Assembly (NCBI GenBank): GCA_000146045.2
Contig: BK006945.2
Coordinates: 96,001-160,000 of the forward strand
Length of the DNA stretch: 64,000 bases
Source of the DNA: TPA_inf: Saccharomyces
Taxonomy: Eukaryota
Direction of reading: 5' to 3'
Shown: piece by piece, positions 20,432 to 29,533 of the stretch
Numbering within the stretch: position 1 is the stretch's first letter
Layout of the letters: each line of letters opens with the position of its first letter
Program-made: the position numbers and the translations under genes
Notes under the pieces: generated by a model
What the model saw: the letters and a program-made list of their open reading frames with translations, nothing else
The model's database searches: none
What the model was told of the DNA's origin: nothing

Positions 20432-23400
20432 ATGTCTTCACTAGAAGTGGTAGATGGGTGCCCCTATGGATACCGACCATATCCAGATAGTGGCACAAAT
20501 GCATTAAATCCATGTTTTATATCAGTAATATCCGCCTGGCAAGCCGTCTTTTTCCTATTGATTGGTAGCTATCAATTGTGGAAACTTTATAAGAACAATA
20601 AAGTACCACCCAGATTTAAGAACTTTCCTACATTACCAAGTAAAATCAACAGTCGACATCTAACGCATTTGACCAATGTTTGCTTTCAGTCCACGCTTAT
20701 AATTTGTGAACTGGCCTTGGTATCCCAATCTAGCGATAGGGTTTATCCATTTATACTAAAGAAGGCTCTGTACTTGAATCTCCTTTTCAATTTGGGTATT
20801 TCTCTCCCTACTCAATACTTAGCTTATTTTAAAAGTACATTTTCAATGGGCAACCAGCTTTTCTATTACATGTTTCAAATTCTTCTACAGCTCTTCTTGA
20901 TATTGCAGAGGTACTATCATGGTTCTAGTAACGAAAGGCTTACTGTTATTAGCGGACAAACTGCTATGATTTTAGAAGTGCTCCTTCTTTTCAATTCTGT
21001 GGCAATTTTTATTTATGATCTATGCATTTTTGAGCCAATTAACGAATTATCTGAATACTACAAGAAAAATGGGTGGTATCCCCCCGTTCATGTACTATCC
21101 TATATTACATTTATCTGGATGAACAAACTGATTGTGGAAACTTACCGTAACAAGAAAATCAAAGATCCTAACCAGTTACCATTGCCGCCAGTAGATCTGA
21201 ATATTAAGTCGATAAGTAAGGAATTTAAGGCTAACTGGGAATTGGAAAAATGGTTGAATAGAAATTCTCTTTGGAGGGCCATTTGGAAGTCATTTGGTAG
21301 GACTATTTCTGTGGCTATGCTGTATGAAACGACATCTGATTTACTTTCTGTAGTACAGCCCCAGTTTCTACGGATATTCATAGATGGTTTGAACCCGGAA
21401 ACATCTTCTAAATATCCTCCTTTAAATGGTGTATTTATTGCTCTAACCCTTTTCGTAATCAGCGTGGTTTCTGTGTTCCTCACCAATCAATTTTATATTG
21501 GAATTTTTGAGGCTGGTTTGGGGATAAGAGGCTCTTTAGCTTCTTTAGTGTATCAGAAGTCCTTAAGATTGACGCTAGCAGAGCGTAACGAAAAATCTAC
21601 TGGTGACATCTTAAATTTGATGTCTGTGGATGTGTTAAGGATCCAGCGGTTTTTCGAAAATGCCCAAACCATTATTGGCGCTCCTATTCAGATTATTGTT
21701 GTATTAACTTCCCTGTACTGGTTGCTAGGAAAGGCTGTTATTGGAGGGTTGGTTACTATGGCTATTATGATGCCTATCAATGCCTTCTTATCTAGAAAGG
21801 TAAAAAAGCTATCAAAAACTCAAATGAAGTATAAGGACATGAGAATCAAGACTATTACAGAGCTTTTGAATGCTATAAAATCTATTAAATTATACGCCTG
21901 GGAGGAACCTATGATGGCAAGATTGAATCATGTTCGTAATGATATGGAGTTGAAAAATTTTCGGAAAATTGGTATAGTGAGCAATCTGATATATTTTGCG
22001 TGGAATTGTGTACCTTTAATGGTGACATGTTCCACATTTGGCTTATTTTCTTTATTTAGTGATTCTCCGTTATCTCCTGCCATTGTCTTCCCTTCATTAT
22101 CTTTATTTAATATTTTGAACAGTGCCATCTATTCCGTTCCATCCATGATAAATACCATTATAGAGACAAGCGTTTCTATGGAAAGATTAAAGTCATTCCT
22201 ACTTAGTGACGAAATTGATGATTCGTTCATCGAACGTATTGATCCTTCAGCGGATGAAAGAGCGTTACCTGCTATAGAGATGAATAATATTACATTTTTA
22301 TGGAAATCAAAAGAAGTATTAACATCTAGCCAATCTGGAGATAATTTGAGGACAGATGAAGAGTCTATTATCGGATCTTCTCAAATTGCGTTGAAGAATA
22401 TCGATCATTTTGAAGCAAAAAGGGGTGATTTAGTTTGTGTTGTTGGTCGGGTAGGAGCTGGTAAATCAACATTTTTGAAGGCAATTCTTGGTCAACTTCC
22501 TTGCATGAGTGGTTCTAGGGACTCGATACCACCTAAACTGATCATTAGATCATCGTCTGTAGCCTACTGTTCACAAGAATCCTGGATAATGAACGCATCT
22601 GTAAGAGAAAACATTCTATTTGGTCACAAGTTCGACCAAGATTATTATGACCTCACTATTAAAGCATGTCAATTGCTACCCGATTTGAAAATACTACCAG
22701 ATGGTGATGAAACTTTGGTAGGTGAAAAGGGCATTTCCCTATCAGGCGGTCAGAAGGCCCGTCTTTCATTAGCCAGAGCGGTGTACTCGAGAGCAGATAT
22801 TTATTTGTTGGATGACATTTTATCTGCTGTTGATGCAGAAGTTAGTAAAAATATTATTGAATATGTTTTGATCGGAAAGACGGCTTTATTAAAAAATAAA
22901 ACAATTATTTTAACTACCAATACTGTATCAATTTTAAAACATTCGCAGATGATATATGCGCTAGAAAACGGTGAAATTGTTGAACAAGGGAATTATGAGG
23001 ATGTAATGAACCGTAAGAACAATACTTCAAAACTGAAAAAATTACTAGAGGAATTTGATTCTCCGATTGATAATGGAAATGAAAGCGATGTCCAAACTGA
23101 ACACCGATCCGAAAGTGAAGTGGATGAACCTCTGCAGCTTAAAGTAACTGAATCAGAAACTGAGGATGAGGTTGTTACTGAGAGTGAATTAGAACTAATC
23201 AAAGCCAATTCTAGAAGAGCTTCTCTAGCTACGCTAAGACCTAGACCCTTTGTGGGAGCACAATTGGATTCCGTGAAGAAAACGGCGCAAAAGGCCGAGA
23301 AGACAGAGGTGGGAAGAGTCAAAACAAAGATTTATCTTGCGTATATTAAGGCTTGTGGAGTTTTAGGTGTTGTTTTATTTTTCTTGTTTATGATATTAAC

Positions 23401-25111
23401 AAGGGTTTTCGACTTAGCAGAGAATTTTTGGTTAAAGTACTGGTCAGAATCTAATGAAAAAAATGGTTCAAATGAAAGGGTTTGGATGTTTGTTGGTGTG
23501 TATTCCTTAATCGGAGTAGCATCGGCCGCATTCAATAATTTACGGAGTATTATGATGCTACTGTATTGTTCTATTAGGGGTTCTAAGAAACTGCATGAAA
23601 GCATGGCCAAATCTGTAATTAGAAGTCCTATGACTTTCTTTGAGACTACACCAGTTGGAAGGATCATAAACAGGTTCTCATCTGATATGGATGCAGTGGA
23701 CAGTAATCTACAGTACATTTTCTCCTTTTTTTTCAAATCAATACTAACCTATTTGGTTACTGTTATATTAGTCGGGTACAATATGCCATGGTTTTTAGTG
23801 TTCAATATGTTTTTGGTGGTTATCTATATTTACTATCAAACATTTTACATTGTGCTATCTAGGGAGCTAAAAAGATTGATCAGTATATCTTACTCTCCGA
23901 TTATGTCCTTAATGAGTGAGAGCTTGAACGGTTATTCTATTATTGATGCATACGATCATTTTGAGAGATTCATCTATCTAAATTATGAAAAAATCCAATA
24001 CAACGTTGATTTTGTCTTCAACTTTAGATCAACGAATAGATGGTTATCCGTGAGATTGCAAACTATTGGTGCTACAATTGTTTTGGCTACTGCAATCTTA
24101 GCACTAGCAACAATGAATACTAAAAGGCAACTAAGTTCGGGTATGGTTGGTCTACTAATGAGCTATTCATTAGAGGTTACAGGTTCATTGACTTGGATTG
24201 TAAGGACAACTGTGACGATTGAAACCAACATTGTATCAGTGGAGAGAATTGTTGAGTACTGCGAATTACCACCTGAAGCACAGTCCATTAACCCTGAAAA
24301 GAGGCCAGATGAAAATTGGCCATCAAAGGGTGGTATTGAATTCAAAAACTATTCCACAAAATACAGAGAAAATTTGGATCCAGTGCTGAATAATATTAAC
24401 GTGAAGATTGAGCCATGTGAAAAGGTTGGGATTGTTGGCAGAACAGGTGCAGGGAAGTCTACACTGAGCCTGGCATTATTTAGAATACTAGAACCTACCG
24501 AAGGTAAAATTATTATTGACGGCATTGATATATCCGACATAGGTCTGTTCGATTTAAGAAGCCATTTGGCAATTATTCCTCAGGATGCACAAGCTTTTGA
24601 AGGTACAGTAAAGACCAATTTGGACCCTTTCAATCGTTATTCAGAAGATGAACTTAAAAGGGCTGTTGAGCAGGCACATTTAAAGCCTCATCTGGAAAAA
24701 ATGCTGCACAGTAAACCAAGAGGTGATGATTCTAATGAAGAGGATGGCAATGTTAATGATATTCTGGATGTCAAGATTAATGAGAACGGTAGTAACTTGT
24801 CAGTGGGGCAAAGACAACTACTATGTTTGGCAAGAGCGCTGCTAAACCGTTCCAAAATATTGGTCCTTGATGAAGCAACGGCTTCTGTGGATATGGAAAC
24901 CGATAAAATTATCCAAGACACTATAAGAAGAGAATTTAAGGACCGTACCATCTTAACAATTGCACATCGTATCGACACTGTATTGGACAGTGATAAGATA
25001 ATTGTTCTTGACCAGGGTAGTGTGAGGGAATTCGATTCACCCTCGAAATTGTTATCCGATAAAACGTCTATTTTTTACAGTCTTTGTGAGAAAGGTGGGT
25101 ATTTGAAATAA
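20432..25111 (+). CDS. BPT1: ABCC/MRP-type vacuolar ABC transporter, full-size TMD0-(TMD-NBD)x2 (1559 aa)
   Basis: Two NBDs with Walker A GRVGAGKST / GRTGAGKST and ABC signatures LSGGQKARLSLARA / LSVGQRQLLCLARA; length 1559 aa = YLL015W. Confidence 0.93.
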   Translation: MSSLEVVDGCPYGYRPYPDSGTNALNPCFISVISAWQAVFFLLIGSYQLWKLYKNNKVPPRFKNFPTLPSKINSRHLTHLTNVCFQSTLIICELALVSQSSDRVYPFILKKALYLNLLFNLGISLPTQYLAYFKSTFSMGNQLFYYMFQILLQLFLILQRYYHGSSNERLTVISGQTAMILEVLLLFNSVAIFIYDLCIFEPINELSEYYKKNGWYPPVHVLSYITFIWMNKLIVETYRNKKIKDPNQLPLPPVDLNIKSISKEFKANWELEKWLNRNSLWRAIWKSFGRTISVAMLYETTSDLLSVVQPQFLRIFIDGLNPETSSKYPPLNGVFIALTLFVISVVSVFLTNQFYIGIFEAGLGIRGSLASLVYQKSLRLTLAERNEKSTGDILNLMSVDVLRIQRFFENAQTIIGAPIQIIVVLTSLYWLLGKAVIGGLVTMAIMMPINAFLSRKVKKLSKTQMKYKDMRIKTITELLNAIKSIKLYAWEEPMMARLNHVRNDMELKNFRKIGIVSNLIYFAWNCVPLMVTCSTFGLFSLFSDSPLSPAIVFPSLSLFNILNSAIYSVPSMINTIIETSVSMERLKSFLLSDEIDDSFIERIDPSADERALPAIEMNNITFLWKSKEVLTSSQSGDNLRTDEESIIGSSQIALKNIDHFEAKRGDLVCVVGRVGAGKSTFLKAILGQLPCMSGSRDSIPPKLIIRSSSVAYCSQESWIMNASVRENILFGHKFDQDYYDLTIKACQLLPDLKILPDGDETLVGEKGISLSGGQKARLSLARAVYSRADIYLLDDILSAVDAEVSKNIIEYVLIGKTALLKNKTIILTTNTVSILKHSQMIYALENGEIVEQGNYEDVMNRKNNTSKLKKLLEEFDSPIDNGNESDVQTEHRSESEVDEPLQLKVTESETEDEVVTESELELIKANSRRASLATLRPRPFVGAQLDSVKKTAQKAEKTEVGRVKTKIYLAYIKACGVLGVVLFFLFMILTRVFDLAENFWLKYWSESNEKNGSNERVWMFVGVYSLIGVASAAFNNLRSIMMLLYCSIRGSKKLHESMAKSVIRSPMTFFETTPVGRIINRFSSDMDAVDSNLQYIFSFFFKSILTYLVTVILVGYNMPWFLVFNMFLVVIYIYYQTFYIVLSRELKRLISISYSPIMSLMSESLNGYSIIDAYDHFERFIYLNYEKIQYNVDFVFNFRSTNRWLSVRLQTIGATIVLATAILALATMNTKRQLSSGMVGLLMSYSLEVTGSLTWIVRTTVTIETNIVSVERIVEYCELPPEAQSINPEKRPDENWPSKGGIEFKNYSTKYRENLDPVLNNINVKIEPCEKVGIVGRTGAGKSTLSLALFRILEPTEGKIIIDGIDISDIGLFDLRSHLAIIPQDAQAFEGTVKTNLDPFNRYSEDELKRAVEQAHLKPHLEKMLHSKPRGDDSNEEDGNVNDILDVKINENGSNLSVGQRQLLCLARALLNRSKILVLDEATASVDMETDKIIQDTIRREFKDRTILTIAHRIDTVLDSDKIIVLDQGSVREFDSPSKLLSDKTSIFYSLCEKGGYLK

Positions 25112-25208
25112 TGACATTGATTATTATATATGAAGATATAGAACATTTAATGCGCTGCAATATGTACGGTCACGCCAATTCTTTTTCTTTCTATATGCTT
25201 TCTAGTAA

Positions 25209-25216
25209 CCCGGGTA
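25209..25216. promoter_or_regulatory. Reb1 binding-site consensus (CCGGGTAA = revcomp TTACCCGG) ~110 bp upstream of EMC6
   Basis: exact 8-mer seen in sequence; Reb1 sites typically mark nucleosome-free promoters/terminators. Confidence 0.55.
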
Positions 25217-25321
25217 ATCACAAATGAAGCTAGTAGAGATATAACTAAATACAACTTAATTTTAACCTTATGTTGGATTGCTCAAGCAGTGTTCGAGAAA
25301 GACAGCGGCAGACAGATAGAA

Positions 25322-25648
25322 ATGAGCTCAAATGAAGAGGTATTTACTCAGATAAACGCAACTGCGAATGTGGTTGATAATAAGAAGCGTTTACTTTTCG
25401 TGCAAGATAGCTCAGCACTTGTTCTAGGGCTTGTTGCAGGATTTTTGCAAATCGAGTCAGTCCATGGGTTTATTTGGTTCCTGATTCTGTACAACTTGAT
25501 TAATGTCATTTACATTGTTTGGATCTGTCAACTTCAACCAGGAAAGTTCTACCAAAGCCCACTTCATGACATTTTTTTCGAATCGTTTTTTAGAGAGATA
25601 ACTGGTTTTGTCATGGCATGGACATTTGGATACGCCCTAATCGGATGA
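25322..25648 (+). CDS. EMC6: ER membrane protein complex subunit 6 (108 aa from MSSNEEV; in-frame ATG 11 codons upstream at 25289)
   Basis: Small two-TM protein; 108 aa from second Met matches YLL014W; position after BPT1. Confidence 0.8.
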   Translation: MSSNEEVFTQINATANVVDNKKRLLFVQDSSALVLGLVAGFLQIESVHGFIWFLILYNLINVIYIVWICQLQPGKFYQSPLHDIFFESFFREITGFVMAWTFGYALIG

Positions 25649-26007
25649 ACATATAAGAACTACTTCTATAAACGGTTAGAAACAGGCTTGATTTATTATG
25701 TACAGTAAATATAATGTTATTTGTGTTTTTTTTTTTTAAATTTTTTTAGTTCCTTCTATGTAAAAAGACATGACAACAGTATTCTCAGTCAAATGATTTC
25801 AAATACACAATGTTAAATTCTCTATCTGTTGCAGAAATAAGAAGAGCGTAAGAGCGCAAAGATTTTTGCAGAAAAATAGAGATGAGGTACAAAAAGTAGG
25901 TAATGGAAAAAAGCAAATAATGAATATAGGGGAACATAAATGTTATGGACAAGAGTAGATATCAAAATAAAACAAAATAAAATAGAGTAAGTGAAAGACA
26001 AATGGAG

Positions 26008-26008
26008 G

Positions 26009-26038
<30 letters not shown>
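26008..26038. repeat. 31-nt homopolymeric poly(dA:dT) tract between convergent 3' ends of EMC6 and PUF3
   Basis: uninterrupted run of A counted directly. Confidence 0.9.
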
Positions 26039-26040
<2 letters not shown>

Positions 26041-26074
26041 GTAAAAAGTGAAAGGAGAACGATGATAACACTAA

Positions 26075-28714
26075 TCACACCTCCGCATTTTCAACCAATG
26101 CTGCAAGTTTCTCAACACTGGCTAAATGTCTATTTCCTAGGGAGTTAGATTTGTTTAGTTTATCCAAATATGCTCTAATGGCAATGACGATCAATTTCTT
26201 ACCCTCACCCTCAGAGACATTAACTAATTTTTGAATCACATAGTTGGCAAATTGATCCTTGATCATTAAAATCATTGGAGAATCGTCTTCCAGATTCAAA
26301 GCATGATTTTTGTCTCTTGGTAAAATCTTAGAAATTATTAAATCCTTCTGATTTTTAGAGCCATAAAGAATAGATTTTTCGACCACGTTGGAGGCAAATT
26401 TATGTTTAGAGTATTCGACAACATTATTGGCCACAGTTTCTATGATTTCCTGTTTGATATCGACCATTTCCTTATTGGTGAACTGATCTTGTTGCAAAAC
26501 ATATTGAATGACATAGTTACCATATTGGTCTTGAATTAGATATGGTATGAAATCTTTCAATTCGTTTAAAATGCTTTCCTGATCTTCGCTCGAACCAAAT
26601 TCTAACAATCTTTGAATGACCCTACAGCCGTAGGAGTGGGTAGATAGATGGTAAATGTGGCCAGTTAAAGAACTTAAGATAAAAGGTAATTTTTCGATAG
26701 GAATTGTTTCGATGGCCTTTTGAATTACGTGATTACCGTTCTGATCTTTGATCATTTGCAAAACGGAGTCAGATAATTCCAGGACTAACTCAATTCTTTG
26801 ATTGGAATCAATATATTCTAACGCCTTTTGAATTACACGACATGCGTACATTTGTAGAGATAACTGTTTCATGTTACCTTTAAATTGATCAACCAAAGTA
26901 TTTTTTTGAATTTTGCTACCAAATTCAAAAAACTTCTGAATGACGTAATTACCAAATACATCGTTCGAAAGCTCAATGGCGTCATCGCGAATTTCATTGA
27001 ATATGACCTCCTTTTCTGAGGCTGGTGAGGTGGCCAACTCGCGCTGAATGAACCGTGAACCATGTTGATCTTTGCAAAACTCTAAGGAATGGCCAAAGAT
27101 GTCTTTTAGTGACATGTTCGAGTTTGAATTTTTGTCAGAACTACTGTTTCTTAGTTGCTCTAACAACGGCGATCGATGATACGTTTGCTGCTGTTGCTGT
27201 AGACTTTGAGAATGAGGATGAGAATGAGAGTGAGATTTATGGTTGTTGGCCGTTGACTCATTAGATTTGGAAGAAGCATTCTTTTTAGAGGTATTCTTTG
27301 TGGGTATAGAATTTTCTAGATAAGGATTTGCCTGTTTGTTGGCGTTGTTGGAGTTATTTGCAGGATGATTCTTGTTATTTCTTTTCTTGAAGGTTTTTTC
27401 GTCCTTGGGCATTTTGACAGGTATAGGATTTGGAGTAGGGTAGTAAATATAAGGATTCTCCTGTTGCTGTTGCTGTTGTTGGTCTTCTTGTTGTTGTTGT
27501 TGTTGCTGTTGCTGTTGTTGCTGGGGAGCAGAGAGTGGTGGAGGTGGCATAAACATCATTGGGTTGGGGTAGGCAAACGGGAACGGAGAATTGTTTGGAG
27601 GGGACGAAGGTGAAGAAACAGAAGAAGGTCTGTTTGCCTTCTTCTTTTTCTTACCATTTGAGTCTTCGGTGTCTTCATTTGCTGGAATCTGTACTGAAAT
27701 CATCTGGGAGATGAAATTTGAAGGAGATCCGATCAAGTAGTTGGGGAAGTTTTGGTAATGAGGGCCCTGATGAAACTGATTGGGTGGGAAGCCGTTCATG
27801 TAGGGGGGGAAATTGTTATTTGCAGGCCCATCTTGTTGGTTAGGAAGCGCGACATTTGTGGCCCCAACAGCGGCTGGATTGTTACTAGGTCTAAATACTG
27901 GTGTGTTGGCTACGTTCCAGATATTTCTCTTGGGGTAATGAGCATTTTCGGACTCTAAAGACGCAGATGAGCCTGAATTTGAACTGGAGTGGTAAAGCGA
28001 ACCACTGTTAGTAGTGTTCCTATTCAATTTGTTGAAGTTTTTGTCAGACTCGACATTTTGCTCGAAAGTATTCTGTGTGTCTAAGCTGGCGTTAGAGACG
28101 CTTTTTGATATGAATTGGGACTGAGTATTGACAGCGTCGGGTCTATCTTGAGATTCCAGTTCCCTTGTACCGTCAATCAAAGATTTTCCGAACTTCTCAA
28201 AAAACCCTTCCCCACCAGAGTTGTTGTTGTCATTGCCATTGTAGTAAACGGGACCAGCAATGGAAGCTGAATACTGGCCCAGAAGATGGTTGACCTTGTT
28301 GTTTTTCCCGAGATTAGCCGCAGTATGATGAGTATGATAGTTATTGTACGATGCGGATGACAGGGAGGCAGTGTCGGTTGATCTGTACTGGTAATAATTG
28401 CCGCCGTTACCAAAAAACTTTTTCGAGTTCGTGGAGAATGGCGGAGCAGTACCAACTGATAGGGCGGTTTTCTTGAAGATCGGTGAAGATTCACTGGAAC
28501 CGTGAAGCAGCAAGATCTCTGAATCTACTTCATTTGCCGTGGTGAAACTCGACCTTCTGAAGCCGCCAATTTGCTGTGATCCAGCAGCACCGCCGTTCAC
28601 AATGCCGGCCGCGGCGGCCTGACCGCCGTTGTTGTTACTATGGGACAGGGCGCTTAAAGAAGAAACTATGGATGCGAGTTCCATATCCATATCCATATCC
28701 ATGTTCATTTCCAT
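26075..28714 (-). CDS. PUF3: Pumilio-family mRNA-binding protein (879 aa), C-terminal PUF repeats, N-terminal Q/N-rich region
   Basis: Eight PUF repeats (…FGNYVIQKFFEFG…, …HGCRVIQRLLE…, …QFANYVIQKL…); N-term MEMNMDMDMDMELASIV; polyQ; 879 aa = YLL013C. Confidence 0.95.
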   Translation of the reverse strand: MEMNMDMDMDMELASIVSSLSALSHSNNNGGQAAAAGIVNGGAAGSQQIGGFRRSSFTTANEVDSEILLLHGSSESSPIFKKTALSVGTAPPFSTNSKKFFGNGGNYYQYRSTDTASLSSASYNNYHTHHTAANLGKNNKVNHLLGQYSASIAGPVYYNGNDNNNSGGEGFFEKFGKSLIDGTRELESQDRPDAVNTQSQFISKSVSNASLDTQNTFEQNVESDKNFNKLNRNTTNSGSLYHSSSNSGSSASLESENAHYPKRNIWNVANTPVFRPSNNPAAVGATNVALPNQQDGPANNNFPPYMNGFPPNQFHQGPHYQNFPNYLIGSPSNFISQMISVQIPANEDTEDSNGKKKKKANRPSSVSSPSSPPNNSPFPFAYPNPMMFMPPPPLSAPQQQQQQQQQQQQEDQQQQQQQENPYIYYPTPNPIPVKMPKDEKTFKKRNNKNHPANNSNNANKQANPYLENSIPTKNTSKKNASSKSNESTANNHKSHSHSHPHSQSLQQQQQTYHRSPLLEQLRNSSSDKNSNSNMSLKDIFGHSLEFCKDQHGSRFIQRELATSPASEKEVIFNEIRDDAIELSNDVFGNYVIQKFFEFGSKIQKNTLVDQFKGNMKQLSLQMYACRVIQKALEYIDSNQRIELVLELSDSVLQMIKDQNGNHVIQKAIETIPIEKLPFILSSLTGHIYHLSTHSYGCRVIQRLLEFGSSEDQESILNELKDFIPYLIQDQYGNYVIQYVLQQDQFTNKEMVDIKQEIIETVANNVVEYSKHKFASNVVEKSILYGSKNQKDLIISKILPRDKNHALNLEDDSPMILMIKDQFANYVIQKLVNVSEGEGKKLIVIAIRAYLDKLNKSNSLGNRHLASVEKLAALVENAEV
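27461..27524 (-). repeat. CAG/CAA trinucleotide repeat encoding polyglutamine (Q12-ED-Q9) in PUF3
   Basis: ctgttgctgttgctgttgttg... on + strand = (CAG/CAA)n on coding strand. Confidence 0.9.
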
Positions 28715-29400
28715 TTATACCCGCAATATTGCGTTATTCAGAAGAAATTTAAATGCGTAGTTCTTGTTTGTTTTCTTGTTTGCTTGCGTACTTCTATGCT
28801 TATAGATATATCAGTAGCAAGGAAGTTTCCTTTTCACCGCCTTTCAATGTTCCTATCTTTTTCTTATGTTTCTCTTTAGAGACCAGATGACCAGAAAAAA
28901 ATTAGCTAAGCAGTGTTATACTATTTACAGTAGATATTCAAATATGTGCAGGCACCACTTATTTTTCTTTTTCCTTCTTTTCTTTGTTTTTTTTTTTCTC
29001 CTATTCATCAAGCTTCATACATCCAATATACATTCTCAAGTGTGCTAATGGTACATTTGGGAAATTATCTTCCTCTCTCCACAATTTTTAGAAGGAAAAA
29101 AGAAATGCAGTTCAGGGTAACAGAGTGCGCAATTACCGTAGATAGCGATCGGATGTTTATCTTTAGCCCTCTTTTTCTAGCTCAAACCCCGGCACGAATT
29201 TTTTAGGTCTTGCTGCTCTGCCCTCGGGCACTTTTCTTCGAGAAGTTCTGGGGCGGTCTGATCGGGAAAAAACGTTCCCTTTTCGGACGTATCGCAGGCA
29301 ATGTGCAAAAGCTTATTATATACGAGAAAAGAAACGCGAAGGAACGAAAGAAGATGAAAAAAATGCAGCGATAAAATGATATTGTGGTTAATCTAAATTT

Positions 29401-29431
29401 ATATATATATATATATATACATATATATATA
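29401..29431. repeat. (TA)n dinucleotide microsatellite (~15 units, one interruption) in PUF3/YEH1 divergent promoter
   Basis: atatatatatatatatatacatatatatat seen directly. Confidence 0.9.
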
Positions 29432-29533
29432 GAAATCTATTGTTATACACAAAAATACTTATTTTTTAATATAGATGGCTGCAGATAAAGTAATAGTTTT
29501 ATATATAGGTATATTTACTGCACAATTCACACG

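Noticed and set aside
27365-27613. 82-aa + strand ORF with a poly-Leu run
   Set aside because: It is the antisense reading of the PUF3 CAG/CAA polyQ repeat and is an artefact.
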